From Candidatus Limnocylindria bacterium (GTDB lineage: Bacteria; Chloroflexota; Limnocylindria; P2-11E), in the NCBI GenBank assembly GCA_036395035.1, contig DASWDY010000018.1, positions 1 through 41,047 on the forward strand: DNA of 41,047 bases, read 5' to 3'. The position numbers were made by a program, and so were the translations under genes. Positions 32,524-40,674 of the stretch are shown here, piece by piece. The notes under the pieces were generated by a model, which ran no database searches, was not told the DNA's origin, and was given only the letters and a program-made list of their open reading frames with translations. Positions within the stretch are counted from its first letter, which is position 1, and the number at the start of each line of letters is the position of its first letter.

Positions 32524-33350
32524 TGGCTGACGTCTACCTGATCGGCGATCCGGTCGCGCATTCGCTCTCGCCGGCGATGCAGAACGCGGCGTTCGCCGCG
32601 ATGGGGCTGCCGCATCGGTACGACCTGATGCGGGTCGACGCGGACGATCTACCCGCCGCGGTACAGCGGATACGCGGTGTCGACACCCTCGGCGCCAACG
32701 TGACGATCCCGCACAAAGAGCGGATCGGCCGGCTGCTGGACGGGATCGAAGAGACCGCGCAGCGCATCGGCGCCGTGAACACGCTGTTCAAGCGCGCGGG
32801 CGGCCTTCGCGGCGACAACACCGACGCGGGCGGCTTCGGCGATGCCCTCCGCGAGATGGACGTCGACGTCGTGGGGCGACGCGTGCTCCTCCTCGGCGCG
32901 GGCGGAGCCGCACGGGCGTGCGCGTTCCACCTCGTCGGCGCTCGCGCGCAGGTCGTGATCGCGAACCGGACGCGTGAACGGGTCGAAGCGCTCGCGGCGG
33001 CGGTGTCGGGGGCGATGGCCAGCGGTGACGAACGGGGCGGCGCGTGGCAGGCGGTCTCGCCGGCGCCGCGCAGGCTCGACGGCTTCGAGATCGTGGTGAA
33101 CGCGACGTCGCTCGGCCTGCATGGCGAGGACGCGCTCGAGGGCATGGATCTCTCGCGCGAGCTGACCGTCGTGGACGTGATCGCGACCGCGGAGGAGACG
33201 CCGCTCGTCCGGCGCGCGAAAGCGTCAGGATGCGTCGCTGTGGATGGGCTGCTGATGCTCCTGCACCAGGGCGCGCGCGCGTTCCGCCTCTGGACGGGCG
33301 TCGACGCACCGCTCGCGGCCATGCGCGCGGCCCTGCCCCGCGACGTCTGA
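32523..33350 (+). CDS. aroE: shikimate dehydrogenase
   Basis: ATG 32523 overlaps the mltG stop (TAATG). The motifs are GDPVAHSLSPAMQNAAF, NVTIPHK, GAVNT, NTDAGG and the Rossmann motif LLLGAGGAARA. Confidence 0.9.
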   Translation: MADVYLIGDPVAHSLSPAMQNAAFAAMGLPHRYDLMRVDADDLPAAVQRIRGVDTLGANVTIPHKERIGRLLDGIEETAQRIGAVNTLFKRAGGLRGDNTDAGGFGDALREMDVDVVGRRVLLLGAGGAARACAFHLVGARAQVVIANRTRERVEALAAAVSGAMASGDERGGAWQAVSPAPRRLDGFEIVVNATSLGLHGEDALEGMDLSRELTVVDVIATAEETPLVRRAKASGCVAVDGLLMLLHQGARAFRLWTGVDAPLAAMRAALPRDV

Positions 33351-34531
33351 TGCGCTTTCTCACCGCGGGCGAGTCCCACGGGCAGCGGCTCGTCGCGATG
33401 CTCGACGGGATCCCCGCGGGCGTGCCGATCGAGGTGGCCGCGATCGACCGCGACCTGCGCCGCCGCCAGCTCGGCTACGGGCGCGGCGCGCGCCAGAAGA
33501 TCGAGCGCGACCAGGTCCGCATCGTCGGTGGCGTCCGGCATGGGCGCACGACCGGCGGGCCGCTCGCGCTCGAGATCGACAACCGCGACGCGCCGAACTG
33601 GGAGCGCGTGATGAGCGTCGAGCCCGTCGTCGATCCGCCGGCGCCGGTGACGCGCCTGCGTCCGGGCCATGCTGACCTCGCGGGCGCGCTGAAGTTCGGC
33701 CACGGCGACGTCCGCGACGTCATCGAGCGATCGAGCGCGCGCGAGACCGCGGCGCGTGTCGCGGCCGGCGGGGTCGCGAAGGCCGTGCTCGCGCTCGTCG
33801 GGATGCGCATCCACAGCGAGGTCGTCGCCATCGGCAGGGTCGAGAGCGCACCGACGTGGGATGAAGCGACCGTCGAGGCGAGCGAGGTCCGCTGCGGCGA
33901 CGCGGAGCGCGCGGCGGAGATGATCCTCGCGATCTCGGAGGCACGGGACGCCGGTGACACGCTCGGCGGGATCGTCGCGCTCCGCGCGACGGGCGTCGTG
34001 CCCGGGCTCGGTTCGTATGCCGAGTGGGACCGGCGCCTCGACGGCCGCATCGCGCAGGCGCTCTGCTCGATCCAGGCGGCGAAGGGCATGGAGTTCGGCG
34101 ACGCCTTCGCGGCCGCGCGCGAGCGCGGCAGCGCGGTGCACGACCCGATCGTCATGGAGGGCGGCCGCTTCGCGCGCACGCGCAATCGCGCCGGCGGCCT
34201 CGAGGGCGGCGTCACGAACGGGAACGACATCGAGTGCCGCGTCGCGTTCAAGCCCATCTCGACCCTCATGAAGCCGCTGCCGTCCGTCGACCTCGCCACG
34301 GGCGAGCCCGCCCCGGCGCACGTCGAGCGCAGCGACATCTGTGTCATCCCCGCCGCGGGCGTCGTCGCGGAGGCCATGCTCGCGATCGTGCTCGCCGACG
34401 CGCTCCTCGAGAAGTTCGGCACGGACGACGCGGACACGCTCGTCGCGTCCGTCGAGCGCTACCGCGGGCGCCTGCATCCGCTCGGGAAGCGCCAGGGCTC
34501 TGGCGGCGGCGACCTCACCGAGATGCCGTGA
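33350..34531 (+). CDS. aroC: chorismate synthase
   Basis: ATG 33350 overlaps the aroE stop (TGATG). The sequence reads MRFLTAGESHGQ, then ERSSARETAARV, then GGLEGGVTNG. Confidence 0.95.
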   Translation: MRFLTAGESHGQRLVAMLDGIPAGVPIEVAAIDRDLRRRQLGYGRGARQKIERDQVRIVGGVRHGRTTGGPLALEIDNRDAPNWERVMSVEPVVDPPAPVTRLRPGHADLAGALKFGHGDVRDVIERSSARETAARVAAGGVAKAVLALVGMRIHSEVVAIGRVESAPTWDEATVEASEVRCGDAERAAEMILAISEARDAGDTLGGIVALRATGVVPGLGSYAEWDRRLDGRIAQALCSIQAAKGMEFGDAFAAARERGSAVHDPIVMEGGRFARTRNRAGGLEGGVTNGNDIECRVAFKPISTLMKPLPSVDLATGEPAPAHVERSDICVIPAAGVVAEAMLAIVLADALLEKFGTDDADTLVASVERYRGRLHPLGKRQGSGGGDLTEMP

Positions 34532-36126
34532 GGCTGTTCGTCGTCGGACCGCCCGGAGTGGGGAAGTCCGTCGTCGGCCACGAGCTCGCGCGCATGCTCG
34601 GCGCGGCGGTCCTCGACATGGACGACGCGATCGAACGGGCCACGAAGCGGCCGAACGCGCGCACGATCATCGACCATGGCATCGAGACGTTCCGCGATCA
34701 CGAGTCGCGCCTCCTCGAGCGGCTTCGGCCGACGCCGGCGTGGCAGGTCGTCGCGACGGGGGGTGGCGCGCCGATCCGTCCCGCGAACCGCGAGCGCATG
34801 CACGCTCTCGGGCTCATCGTCGGGCTGCGTGGGTCCGTCGCGACGGTCGCGCGTGGTCTCGAGCGCACGATGGACAAGCGCGAGCACCTGCTTCGTGAGG
34901 GTATCTCGCCGCGCGCGCACGCGGAGCGCGTCCTGCGAGAGCGCCGCGACGTGTACGCGGACGTCGACGTCGGGTTCGACGTCGACGGGACGACGCCCGA
35001 CGAAGCGGCGCGGGCGATCGCGGCATGGGTGATCTCAGCGCGCGGCCTGCGCATCGACGTCGGGGCGTCGCGCGCGTATCCCGTGCTCGTGCGCGCGGGC
35101 GTCCTCGAGCACGTCGGCCGCCACCTCGCCGACCTCGGCTGGCGCGGTCGCGTCGCCGTCGTCGGGGACCGCGTCGCCGCACGCCGCCACCTCCCGGCGG
35201 TCATGGCCTCGCTGGAGGAGGCCGGGATCGAGCCGGTCGCGGTGCGGGTGCCCGAGGGCGAGCGCGCGAAGACGAAGACGGCGCTCGACCGGCTGTGGCG
35301 CGATCTCGCGAGCGCCGGGATCGGCCGCGACGGCGGGATCGTCGCGGTGGGCGGAGGCGCGACGGGCGACCTCGCCGGGTTCGCCGCGGCGACATACATG
35401 CGCGGCATCGCCGTCGCGCACGTGCCGACGACGCTGCTCGCGATGGTCGACTCGTCGATCGGCGGGAAGACCGGCATCGATCTGCCCGAAGGGAAGAACC
35501 TCGTCGGCGCGTTCCACGCGCCGTCCGCCGTGTTCAGCGATCCGTCGGTGCTCGCGACGCTCCCGCAGCGGCAGGTGTCGTCCGGGCTCGCCGAGATCGT
35601 GAAGACGGCGTTCCTCTCCGACCGCGAGAGCGTCGATCAGACCGCGCGGTCGGTCGAGCGCGTGCTCGCGAGCGACCTTGCGCCGACGACGCTCCTCATC
35701 AGCATGTCCGCCGAGATGAAGGCCGCGGTCGTGGGCGCCGACGAGCGCGAGGCGGGGCTGCGCGAGCTCCTGAACTTCGGCCACACCTTCGGCCACGCGT
35801 ACGAGGCGGCCGGCGGCTACCGCGTCACGCACGGCGAGGCCGTGGCCGTCGGGATGGTGTTCGCGATCGCGCTCGCCGAGGCGCTCGGGCTCGCGCCGCG
35901 CACGCTGCGGCCGCGGATCGAGGACCTGCTCGAGCGGTCGCGCCTGCCGACGCGCGCGCGGATCCCCTCGCGCGCGTGGGCGCTCCTCGGGCGCGACAAG
36001 AAAGCACGGGCCGGCAAGGTGCGCTGGATCCTGCCGCGCCGCATCGGCCGGTTCAGCGAGGTCACGGACGTCGCGCCGCGCGCGCTCGACGTCGCGGCGC
36101 GAGCGCTCGAGGGCCGCGCGGCATGA
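34528..36126 (+). CDS. aroKB: bifunctional shikimate kinase / 3-dehydroquinate synthase (AroK-AroB fusion)
   Basis: GTG 34528 overlaps the aroC stop (GTGA). The N-terminal roughly 170 aa carry the Walker A motif GPPGVGKS and the shikimate-kinase layout. The remainder is AroB: GGGATGDLAGFAAATYMRGIAVAHVPTTLLAMVDSSIGGKTGID, NFGHTFGHA and HGEAVAVGM. There is no stop codon between the two halves. Confidence 0.9.
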   Translation: MRLFVVGPPGVGKSVVGHELARMLGAAVLDMDDAIERATKRPNARTIIDHGIETFRDHESRLLERLRPTPAWQVVATGGGAPIRPANRERMHALGLIVGLRGSVATVARGLERTMDKREHLLREGISPRAHAERVLRERRDVYADVDVGFDVDGTTPDEAARAIAAWVISARGLRIDVGASRAYPVLVRAGVLEHVGRHLADLGWRGRVAVVGDRVAARRHLPAVMASLEEAGIEPVAVRVPEGERAKTKTALDRLWRDLASAGIGRDGGIVAVGGGATGDLAGFAAATYMRGIAVAHVPTTLLAMVDSSIGGKTGIDLPEGKNLVGAFHAPSAVFSDPSVLATLPQRQVSSGLAEIVKTAFLSDRESVDQTARSVERVLASDLAPTTLLISMSAEMKAAVVGADEREAGLRELLNFGHTFGHAYEAAGGYRVTHGEAVAVGMVFAIALAEALGLAPRTLRPRIEDLLERSRLPTRARIPSRAWALLGRDKKARAGKVRWILPRRIGRFSEVTDVAPRALDVAARALEGRAA

Positions 36127-36572
36127 CGAAGCCCGCCGCGGCGCTCCTCCTCATCAACGGGCCGAACCTGAACACGCTCGGCCGGCGGCAGCCGGAGATC
36201 TACGGGACCACCACCCTCGCTGAGGTCGTGGCGCGGTGCCGGCACGTGGCCGAGGAAGCGGGCGCGACCCTCATCGACGTCCAGTCGAACCACGAGGGCG
36301 CGCTCATCGACTTCCTGCAGGAGCACGCGCACGCCGACGGTGCCATCATCAATGCGGGCGGGCTCACGCATACGTCGATCGTGCTCCGTGACGCCATCGC
36401 GGCCTGCGGGTTCCCGGTCGTCGAGGTGCACATCAGCGACATCACGAAGCGCGAGCCGTTCCGGCGCACCAGCTACCTGCACGACGTGACAGCGCATCAG
36501 GTCATCGGCCGTGGCGTCGCGGGCTACGAAGAGGCCCTGCGCTGGCTGCTCGACCGCATACAGAAGGGGTAA
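36123..36572 (+). CDS. aroQ: type II 3-dehydroquinate dehydratase
   Basis: ATG 36123 overlaps the aroKB stop (ATGA). The motifs are LLINGPNLNTLGRRQPEIYG, SNHEGALID, NAGGLTHTS and VEVHISD. Confidence 0.95.
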   Translation: MTKPAAALLLINGPNLNTLGRRQPEIYGTTTLAEVVARCRHVAEEAGATLIDVQSNHEGALIDFLQEHAHADGAIINAGGLTHTSIVLRDAIAACGFPVVEVHISDITKREPFRRTSYLHDVTAHQVIGRGVAGYEEALRWLLDRIQKG

Positions 36573-36580
36573 CGAACAGA

Positions 36581-37144
36581 GTGGTCTCGACCGGTGAGAT
36601 CAAGCGCGGCATGACCATCGAGCTGGATGGCCAGCTCTACCAGATCCTCGAGTTCCAGCACATCAAGCTGGGCCGCGGCTCGGCCCAGGTGCGCATGAAG
36701 CTGCGCAACGTCCGCAAGGGCGACACGATCGAGAAGACCGTGCAGGCCGGCGACCGCTTCACGCGTGCGCGGCTCGACCACCGCAACGTCCAGTACCTCT
36801 ATCACGACGGGGGCCACTACCACTTCATGGACACGTCGACGTACGACCAGATGATCCTCGACGAGGACCTCCTCGGCGACGCCACGAACTACCTCAACGA
36901 CGGCATGGTCGTCGTGCTCGAGGAGTACGAGGGCGATCCGATCGGCGTCGAGCTCCCCGCGTCGGTCGTCCTGCGCATCACGCGGTCCGACATCGGCCTG
37001 CGCGGCGACACCGCGCAGGGCGCGATGAAGCCGGCCACGCTCGAGACGGGACTGCGCGTGAACGTGCCGCTCTTCGTGAACGAGGGCGACAAGATCCGCG
37101 TCGACACCCGGTCCGGGGAGTACATCGAACGCGCGCAGGAGTAG
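36581..37144 (+). CDS. efp: elongation factor P
   Basis: 187 aa with a GTG start and GAAGGGG upstream. The sequence reads IKRGMTIELDGQLYQILEFQHIKLGRGSAQVRMKLRNV and the three-domain length is typical. The loop-tip residue 32 is Arg. Confidence 0.95.
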   Translation: MVSTGEIKRGMTIELDGQLYQILEFQHIKLGRGSAQVRMKLRNVRKGDTIEKTVQAGDRFTRARLDHRNVQYLYHDGGHYHFMDTSTYDQMILDEDLLGDATNYLNDGMVVVLEEYEGDPIGVELPASVVLRITRSDIGLRGDTAQGAMKPATLETGLRVNVPLFVNEGDKIRVDTRSGEYIERAQE

Positions 37145-37293
37145 GCGCCGCCGCGCCCCCGCGACCCGACCGCGTCATCACGGTCGGCCGCCTCACGGTC
37201 CGGATCGCCGAGCGGCTGCAAGCGACGGACGAGTTCAAGGACCTGTGGGTCGAGGGCGAGGTCAGCGAGCGGTCCGTCTCGGCCGCCGGCCAC

Positions 37294-38367
37294 GTGTACT
37301 TCACGCTCCGCGACAACGCCGGCCAGATCCGCTGCGTGCTGTTCGCGACGCATGCCGCGAACGTCGCGCTGACGCCGCAGAACGGCGCCCGCCTCCTCGC
37401 GCACGGGTACGTCGAGGTGTACCCGCGCGACGGCCGGTACCAGCTCCGGTGCGACGACCTCCTCCCGGCGGGCGCGGGCGAAGCGCACCTGCGTCTCGAG
37501 GCGCTGAAGCGCCGGCTCACCGCCGAGGGGATCTTCGCGGCGCAGCGCAAGCGCCCGCTGCCGCCGCGGCCGCGCCGGATCGGCGTCGTGACGAGCGCGG
37601 CCGGCGCCGCGTGGCATGACATCCAGACCGTCGTCGCGCGCCGTGACCCGCGCGTCGAGATCGTCATCGCGGCGGCGCTCGTCCAGGGTCCCGAGGCCGC
37701 GCCGTCGATGATCGCCGCGCTCGACGGGCTGGGGCAGCTCCGCGACCTCGACGCCGTGATCGTCGCCCGCGGCGGCGGAGCGAGCGAGGACCTCTGGCCG
37801 TTCAATGACGAGGCGCTCGTGCGCGCCGTCGCGCGCGCGCCGTGGCCTGTGTGCAGCGGGGTGGGGCACGAGACCGACGTGACGCTCGTCGACCTCGTGG
37901 CGGACGTCCGCGCTCCGACGCCGTCGGTCGCGGCCGAGCTCGTCGTCCCCGACGCCAGCGCGACAGTGATCGCGGCGGAGCGGCTGCGCCGGCGCATGGA
38001 TGCGCGCATGGCCGAGGCGATCGAGCGTCGGCGGCGGCGGCTCGTTGCGGTGAAGCGGCTCATCGATCGCCGCGCGCCCGCGGCCCGCGTCGGCGTGCTG
38101 CGGCAGCGGCTCGACGACGCCCGCCGGCGGGCGGACCGCTCGATCGCGCGCGCCGTGCCGGTGCGCCGGCAGCGCGCGCTCGCCGCGCGTCGCCGGCTCG
38201 ACGCGCTGTCGCCCCTCGCGGTCCTCGGCCGCGGCTACGCCATCGTCGAAGGTGAGGACGGCCGGATCCGCACCGGGACCGCGGCGCTGTCGGTCGGGGA
38301 CGCGGTGCGGCTCCGGATGCGCGACGGTCGCGCGGCCGCGACCGTGACGGGCACGGAGGGGCAGTGA
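37294..38367 (+). CDS. xseA: exodeoxyribonuclease VII large subunit. These are minimal-ORF coordinates; the true N-terminus very likely lies upstream near 37174-37177.
   Basis: Motifs are YFTLRDNAGQIRCVLF, RIGVVTSAAGAAWHDI, RGGGASEDLWPFNDE and GHETDVTLVDLVADVRAPTPS. The in-frame sequence upstream of GTG 37294 (VITVGRLTVRIAERLQATDEFKDLWVEGEVSERSVSAAGH) continues the XseA OB-fold homology. Confidence 0.85.
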   Translation: MYFTLRDNAGQIRCVLFATHAANVALTPQNGARLLAHGYVEVYPRDGRYQLRCDDLLPAGAGEAHLRLEALKRRLTAEGIFAAQRKRPLPPRPRRIGVVTSAAGAAWHDIQTVVARRDPRVEIVIAAALVQGPEAAPSMIAALDGLGQLRDLDAVIVARGGGASEDLWPFNDEALVRAVARAPWPVCSGVGHETDVTLVDLVADVRAPTPSVAAELVVPDASATVIAAERLRRRMDARMAEAIERRRRRLVAVKRLIDRRAPAARVGVLRQRLDDARRRADRSIARAVPVRRQRALAARRRLDALSPLAVLGRGYAIVEGEDGRIRTGTAALSVGDAVRLRMRDGRAAATVTGTEGQ

Positions 38368-38591
38368 GCGCCGACGAGCAGCGGCCGATCGAGGCCACCC
38401 TCGAGCGCCTCGAGGCGATCGCGGACAAGCTCGAGGACCCCTCGCTCGACCTCGACGAGGCCGTGCGCCTCTACGAGGAGGGGCTGCGCCTCTACGAGCA
38501 GTGCGCCAAGCGTCTCGACGCGGCGGACCTCCGTATCACTCAGCTAGCAGAAGCCCTCACGAAGCAGGCCGACCGCTCGAAAGGCACGTAA
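38364..38591 (+). CDS. xseB: exodeoxyribonuclease VII small subunit
   Basis: 75 aa with a GTGA overlap with xseA. The sequence LERLEAIADKLEDPSLDLDEAVRLYEEGLRLYEQCAKRL is present. Confidence 0.9.
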   Translation: MSADEQRPIEATLERLEAIADKLEDPSLDLDEAVRLYEEGLRLYEQCAKRLDAADLRITQLAEALTKQADRSKGT

Positions 38592-38634
38592 CGGGGACGT
38601 AACCTGACCTCTCAGACACACGTTCACCGTCTGA

Positions 38635-39552
38635 GTGAGCGCGCCAGGGGGAAGGGTGAGGGTCTACTCGTCGTTCGCGGTCGCTGCTGTCCTGCTGAGC
38701 GCGCTCCTTGGCGCGGTCGCGCAGCCCGCGTGGGCGGCGACGCTCGACTCGTTCGAGTCGGACCTCGTCGCGCAGGTCAACGCCTTCCGCAGCGGACGGG
38801 GACTGTCGACGCTCGCCGTCTCGGACACCCTCACCGTGGCTGCGAAGTGGATGTCCACCGACATGGCGGTGAACGACTACTTCTCGCACACCTCCCGCGA
38901 CGGCCGCTCGCCGACGCAGCGCATGGCGGACGCGGGCTATCCCGCGTTCGAGACGTGGACCGGCGAGGACCTCGCCGCGGGGTACACGGGCGCGCGCGAC
39001 GTCCTGAACGGCTGGATCGCGAGCCCGGCGCACTATGCGGTGCTGACGAACCCGAACTACCGCGCGATCGGGGTCGGTCGTGCCTACGCCCGCGGCTCTA
39101 CCTATCAGTGGTACTGGTCCGCCGACTTCGGCGGTGTCGCCGAAGCGGCCGCGCCCGCGGCGATCCGCTTCGACACCGGGTTCCATTCTTCATGGAGCGG
39201 TCAGAGCCCGGACCCGGTCCTCGCGCCGGGTCGGGTCACGCAGCTCGTGGTGGCGCTGAAGAACACCGGCTATCGCGGTTGGTACGCCGGCAGTCCCGGC
39301 CAGCAGGCGAACCTCGGGACGAGCGGGCCGCTCGACGGCGCGCGCTGGGACCTCGCGGACGAGTGGATGGCCGGCAACCGCCCCGCGACGACGACGACCT
39401 CGTACGTCGGTCCGGGTCAGGTGGGCTGGTTCGCGTTCAACGTGCGCGCGCCCTCCGCGCCCGGGACGTACCGCCTCGACGTGCGCGGCGTGATCGACGG
39501 CACGACCTGGCTCGAGGATCAGGGGATCTTCTTCACCATCACCGTTCGCTGA
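38635..39552 (+). CDS. secreted CAP/SCP/PR-1-like domain protein with a C-terminal Ig-like (NBR1-like) domain
   Basis: The signal peptide ends AQPAWA. The CAP-domain pattern is FSHTSRDGRSP...GYTGARDVLNGWIASPAHYAVLTNPNYRAIGVG. The C-terminal domain reads VVALKNTGYRGW...PGQVGWFAFNVRAPSAPGTYRLDV. The start is either GTG 38635 or the GTG 8 codons downstream. Confidence 0.75.
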   Translation: MSAPGGRVRVYSSFAVAAVLLSALLGAVAQPAWAATLDSFESDLVAQVNAFRSGRGLSTLAVSDTLTVAAKWMSTDMAVNDYFSHTSRDGRSPTQRMADAGYPAFETWTGEDLAAGYTGARDVLNGWIASPAHYAVLTNPNYRAIGVGRAYARGSTYQWYWSADFGGVAEAAAPAAIRFDTGFHSSWSGQSPDPVLAPGRVTQLVVALKNTGYRGWYAGSPGQQANLGTSGPLDGARWDLADEWMAGNRPATTTTSYVGPGQVGWFAFNVRAPSAPGTYRLDVRGVIDGTTWLEDQGIFFTITVR

Positions 39553-39578
39553 TCTCTTGCTGCGGACAGCTGCATGCT

Positions 39579-39610
39579 CGATCCAGCATCCCTTCGATCC
39601 AGCATCCCTT
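39579..39610. repeat. perfect 16-nt tandem direct repeat (CGATCCAGCATCCCTT x2)
   Basis: This is a direct reading: 39579-39594 equals 39595-39610. It lies in the convergent intergenic region. Confidence 0.9.
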
Positions 39611-39613
39611 GAG

Positions 39614-39637
39614 GAAGCGCGACGTGCCACGCGCTTC
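39614..39637. other. perfect 8-bp inverted repeat (GAAGCGCG / CGCGCTTC) with an 8-nt loop; a possible bidirectional terminator hairpin
   Basis: This is a direct reading. It lies 62 nt after the CAP-protein stop and has no U-tract. Confidence 0.4.
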
Positions 39638-39656
39638 GAGCTCCGCAAGTCATTCC

Positions 39657-39678
39657 GGCGGCGGCGGCGGGGGGGGGG
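39657..39678. repeat. (GGC)4 followed by a G10 homopolymer
   Basis: This is a direct reading: ggcggcggcggc then gggggggggg (39669-39678). Confidence 0.9.
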
Positions 39679-39698
39679 ACTTCCGAGGTGCTGCGGAT

Positions 39699-39739
39699 CT
39701 TGAACCGAATTGGTTCAACCTTGGACCGAAGTGGTTCAA
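39699..39739. repeat. two tandem copies of a palindromic unit of about 20 nt (CTTGAACCGAATTGGTTCAA / CTTGGACCGAAGTGGTTCAA), 21-nt period
   Basis: Each unit contains the inverted repeat TTGAACC-n5-GGTTCAA. The second copy has one arm mismatch. The copies differ at 2 of 20 positions. The local GC content is clearly below the window average. Confidence 0.8.
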
Positions 39740-39803
39740 GAACGGAAGGTCCCTCAAAGAGACATGGGTGTCCTCGGATCGGGAGGCTTGCCTTCCTGTC
39801 TTT

Positions 39804-40667
39804 CTAGGTCGTCCTCACACGCCGTAGGAATGGTTCGAGCGCTTCGAGGAACGGCTCCGGGCGCAGGCCGTGGATGCGGTGGCCGACCCCCGGGAACTTC
39901 ATGACCCTCACGTCCGGCATCGCGGCGCCGAGACGATCGGCCTCGCCGTCCGCGAGCGCGCTCCCCGCGCCGGCCGCGAGCACGAGCACCGGGCATCGCA
40001 CCTTGGACGGCGCGTCGGCGATCGCCGCGCTGCCCGCCTCGTCCCGCGTCAGGACCTGATCGAGGACCGCCGCGTCGACATCCTTGTAGTACGTCGCGAG
40101 GCGGTCGACCGAGTAGAAGCCGCGCACTTCACCGACGCGCCGCTCGCCGCGCGGTCCGGGCTCCGGGAGCGGGATCGTCGACAGCGCGCGCACGAACGCG
40201 CGCGGGTCCTCACGCTGGTCGAGGGCGGTGCGCAGCTGCGTGAAGTACGGCGTGCGCCACTTCCCGTCGCGGTACTGCGCGAGCCACGGGTCCTCGAGGA
40301 CGAGGCCACGCACCAGCGAGGGCTCGCGGGCCGCCGTCACGAGGGCCGTTGCGCCGCCCACGGAGTGGCCGATGAGGATCGCGGGAGCCTTCGCGATCTC
40401 GCGTAGCAGGCGGATGAGATCGCTGACGAGATCGGCGAGGGCGTAGCTCGGGGCGCGGCCGCTCTTGCCGTGGCCGCGCGCGTCGTACGCGATCACGCGA
40501 TAGCGCGTCGCGAGCCGCGGGAAGATGTTCTCCCAGTCCTCGGAGCGCAGCGACACGCCGTGGACGAGCACGATCGGCGGCTCGCCGGGCGCGCCGCCGG
40601 CCGAGTCGTAGTGCGCGATCTTCGGATCGCCCTTCAGCGTTCGCGAGCGCGGCAGGCGCTTCGGCAC
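39804..40667 (-). CDS. alpha/beta-fold hydrolase
   Basis: The oxyanion region is IVLVHGVS, the nucleophile elbow is GHSVGG, and there is a C-terminal GVGHRIH. The track start at 40784 would overlap the tlyA S4 domain antisense by 93 nt. I prefer GTG 40667 (VPKRLPRSRTLKG...), which has a TAGGCT box 7 nt upstream. Confidence 0.8.
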   Translation of the reverse strand: MPKRLPRSRTLKGDPKIAHYDSAGGAPGEPPIVLVHGVSLRSEDWENIFPRLATRYRVIAYDARGHGKSGRAPSYALADLVSDLIRLLREIAKAPAILIGHSVGGATALVTAAREPSLVRGLVLEDPWLAQYRDGKWRTPYFTQLRTALDQREDPRAFVRALSTIPLPEPGPRGERRVGEVRGFYSVDRLATYYKDVDAAVLDQVLTRDEAGSAAIADAPSKVRCPVLVLAAGAGSALADGEADRLGAAMPDVRVMKFPGVGHRIHGLRPEPFLEALEPFLRRVRTT

Positions 40668-40674
40668 GCCTGAG

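Noticed and set aside
25783-34477. Very long minus-strand ORFs opposite alaS, the FtsA-like gene, mltG and aroE/aroC (25783..27570, 28250..29680, 30961..32490, 32534..34477)
   Set aside because: All are antisense to genes with strong family motifs. Their Arg/Asp/Glu/Ala-rich translations carry no recognisable domains. Such ORFs are expected by chance at this GC content.
39579-39739. Possible CRISPR array or tRNA in the repeat-rich intergenic region (GGTTCAA resembles a T-arm)
   Set aside because: There are only two copies of each repeat, directly abutting with no spacers, so this is not a CRISPR array. There is no D-arm, anticodon or acceptor structure around the GGTTCAA motifs, so it is not a tRNA.
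39710-39996. Short ORFs 39710..39904 (+) and 39754..39996 (-) in and around the low-GC island
   Set aside because: They run from the intergenic region into the hydrolase gene out of frame or antisense. They have no ribosome-binding site and an implausible composition.
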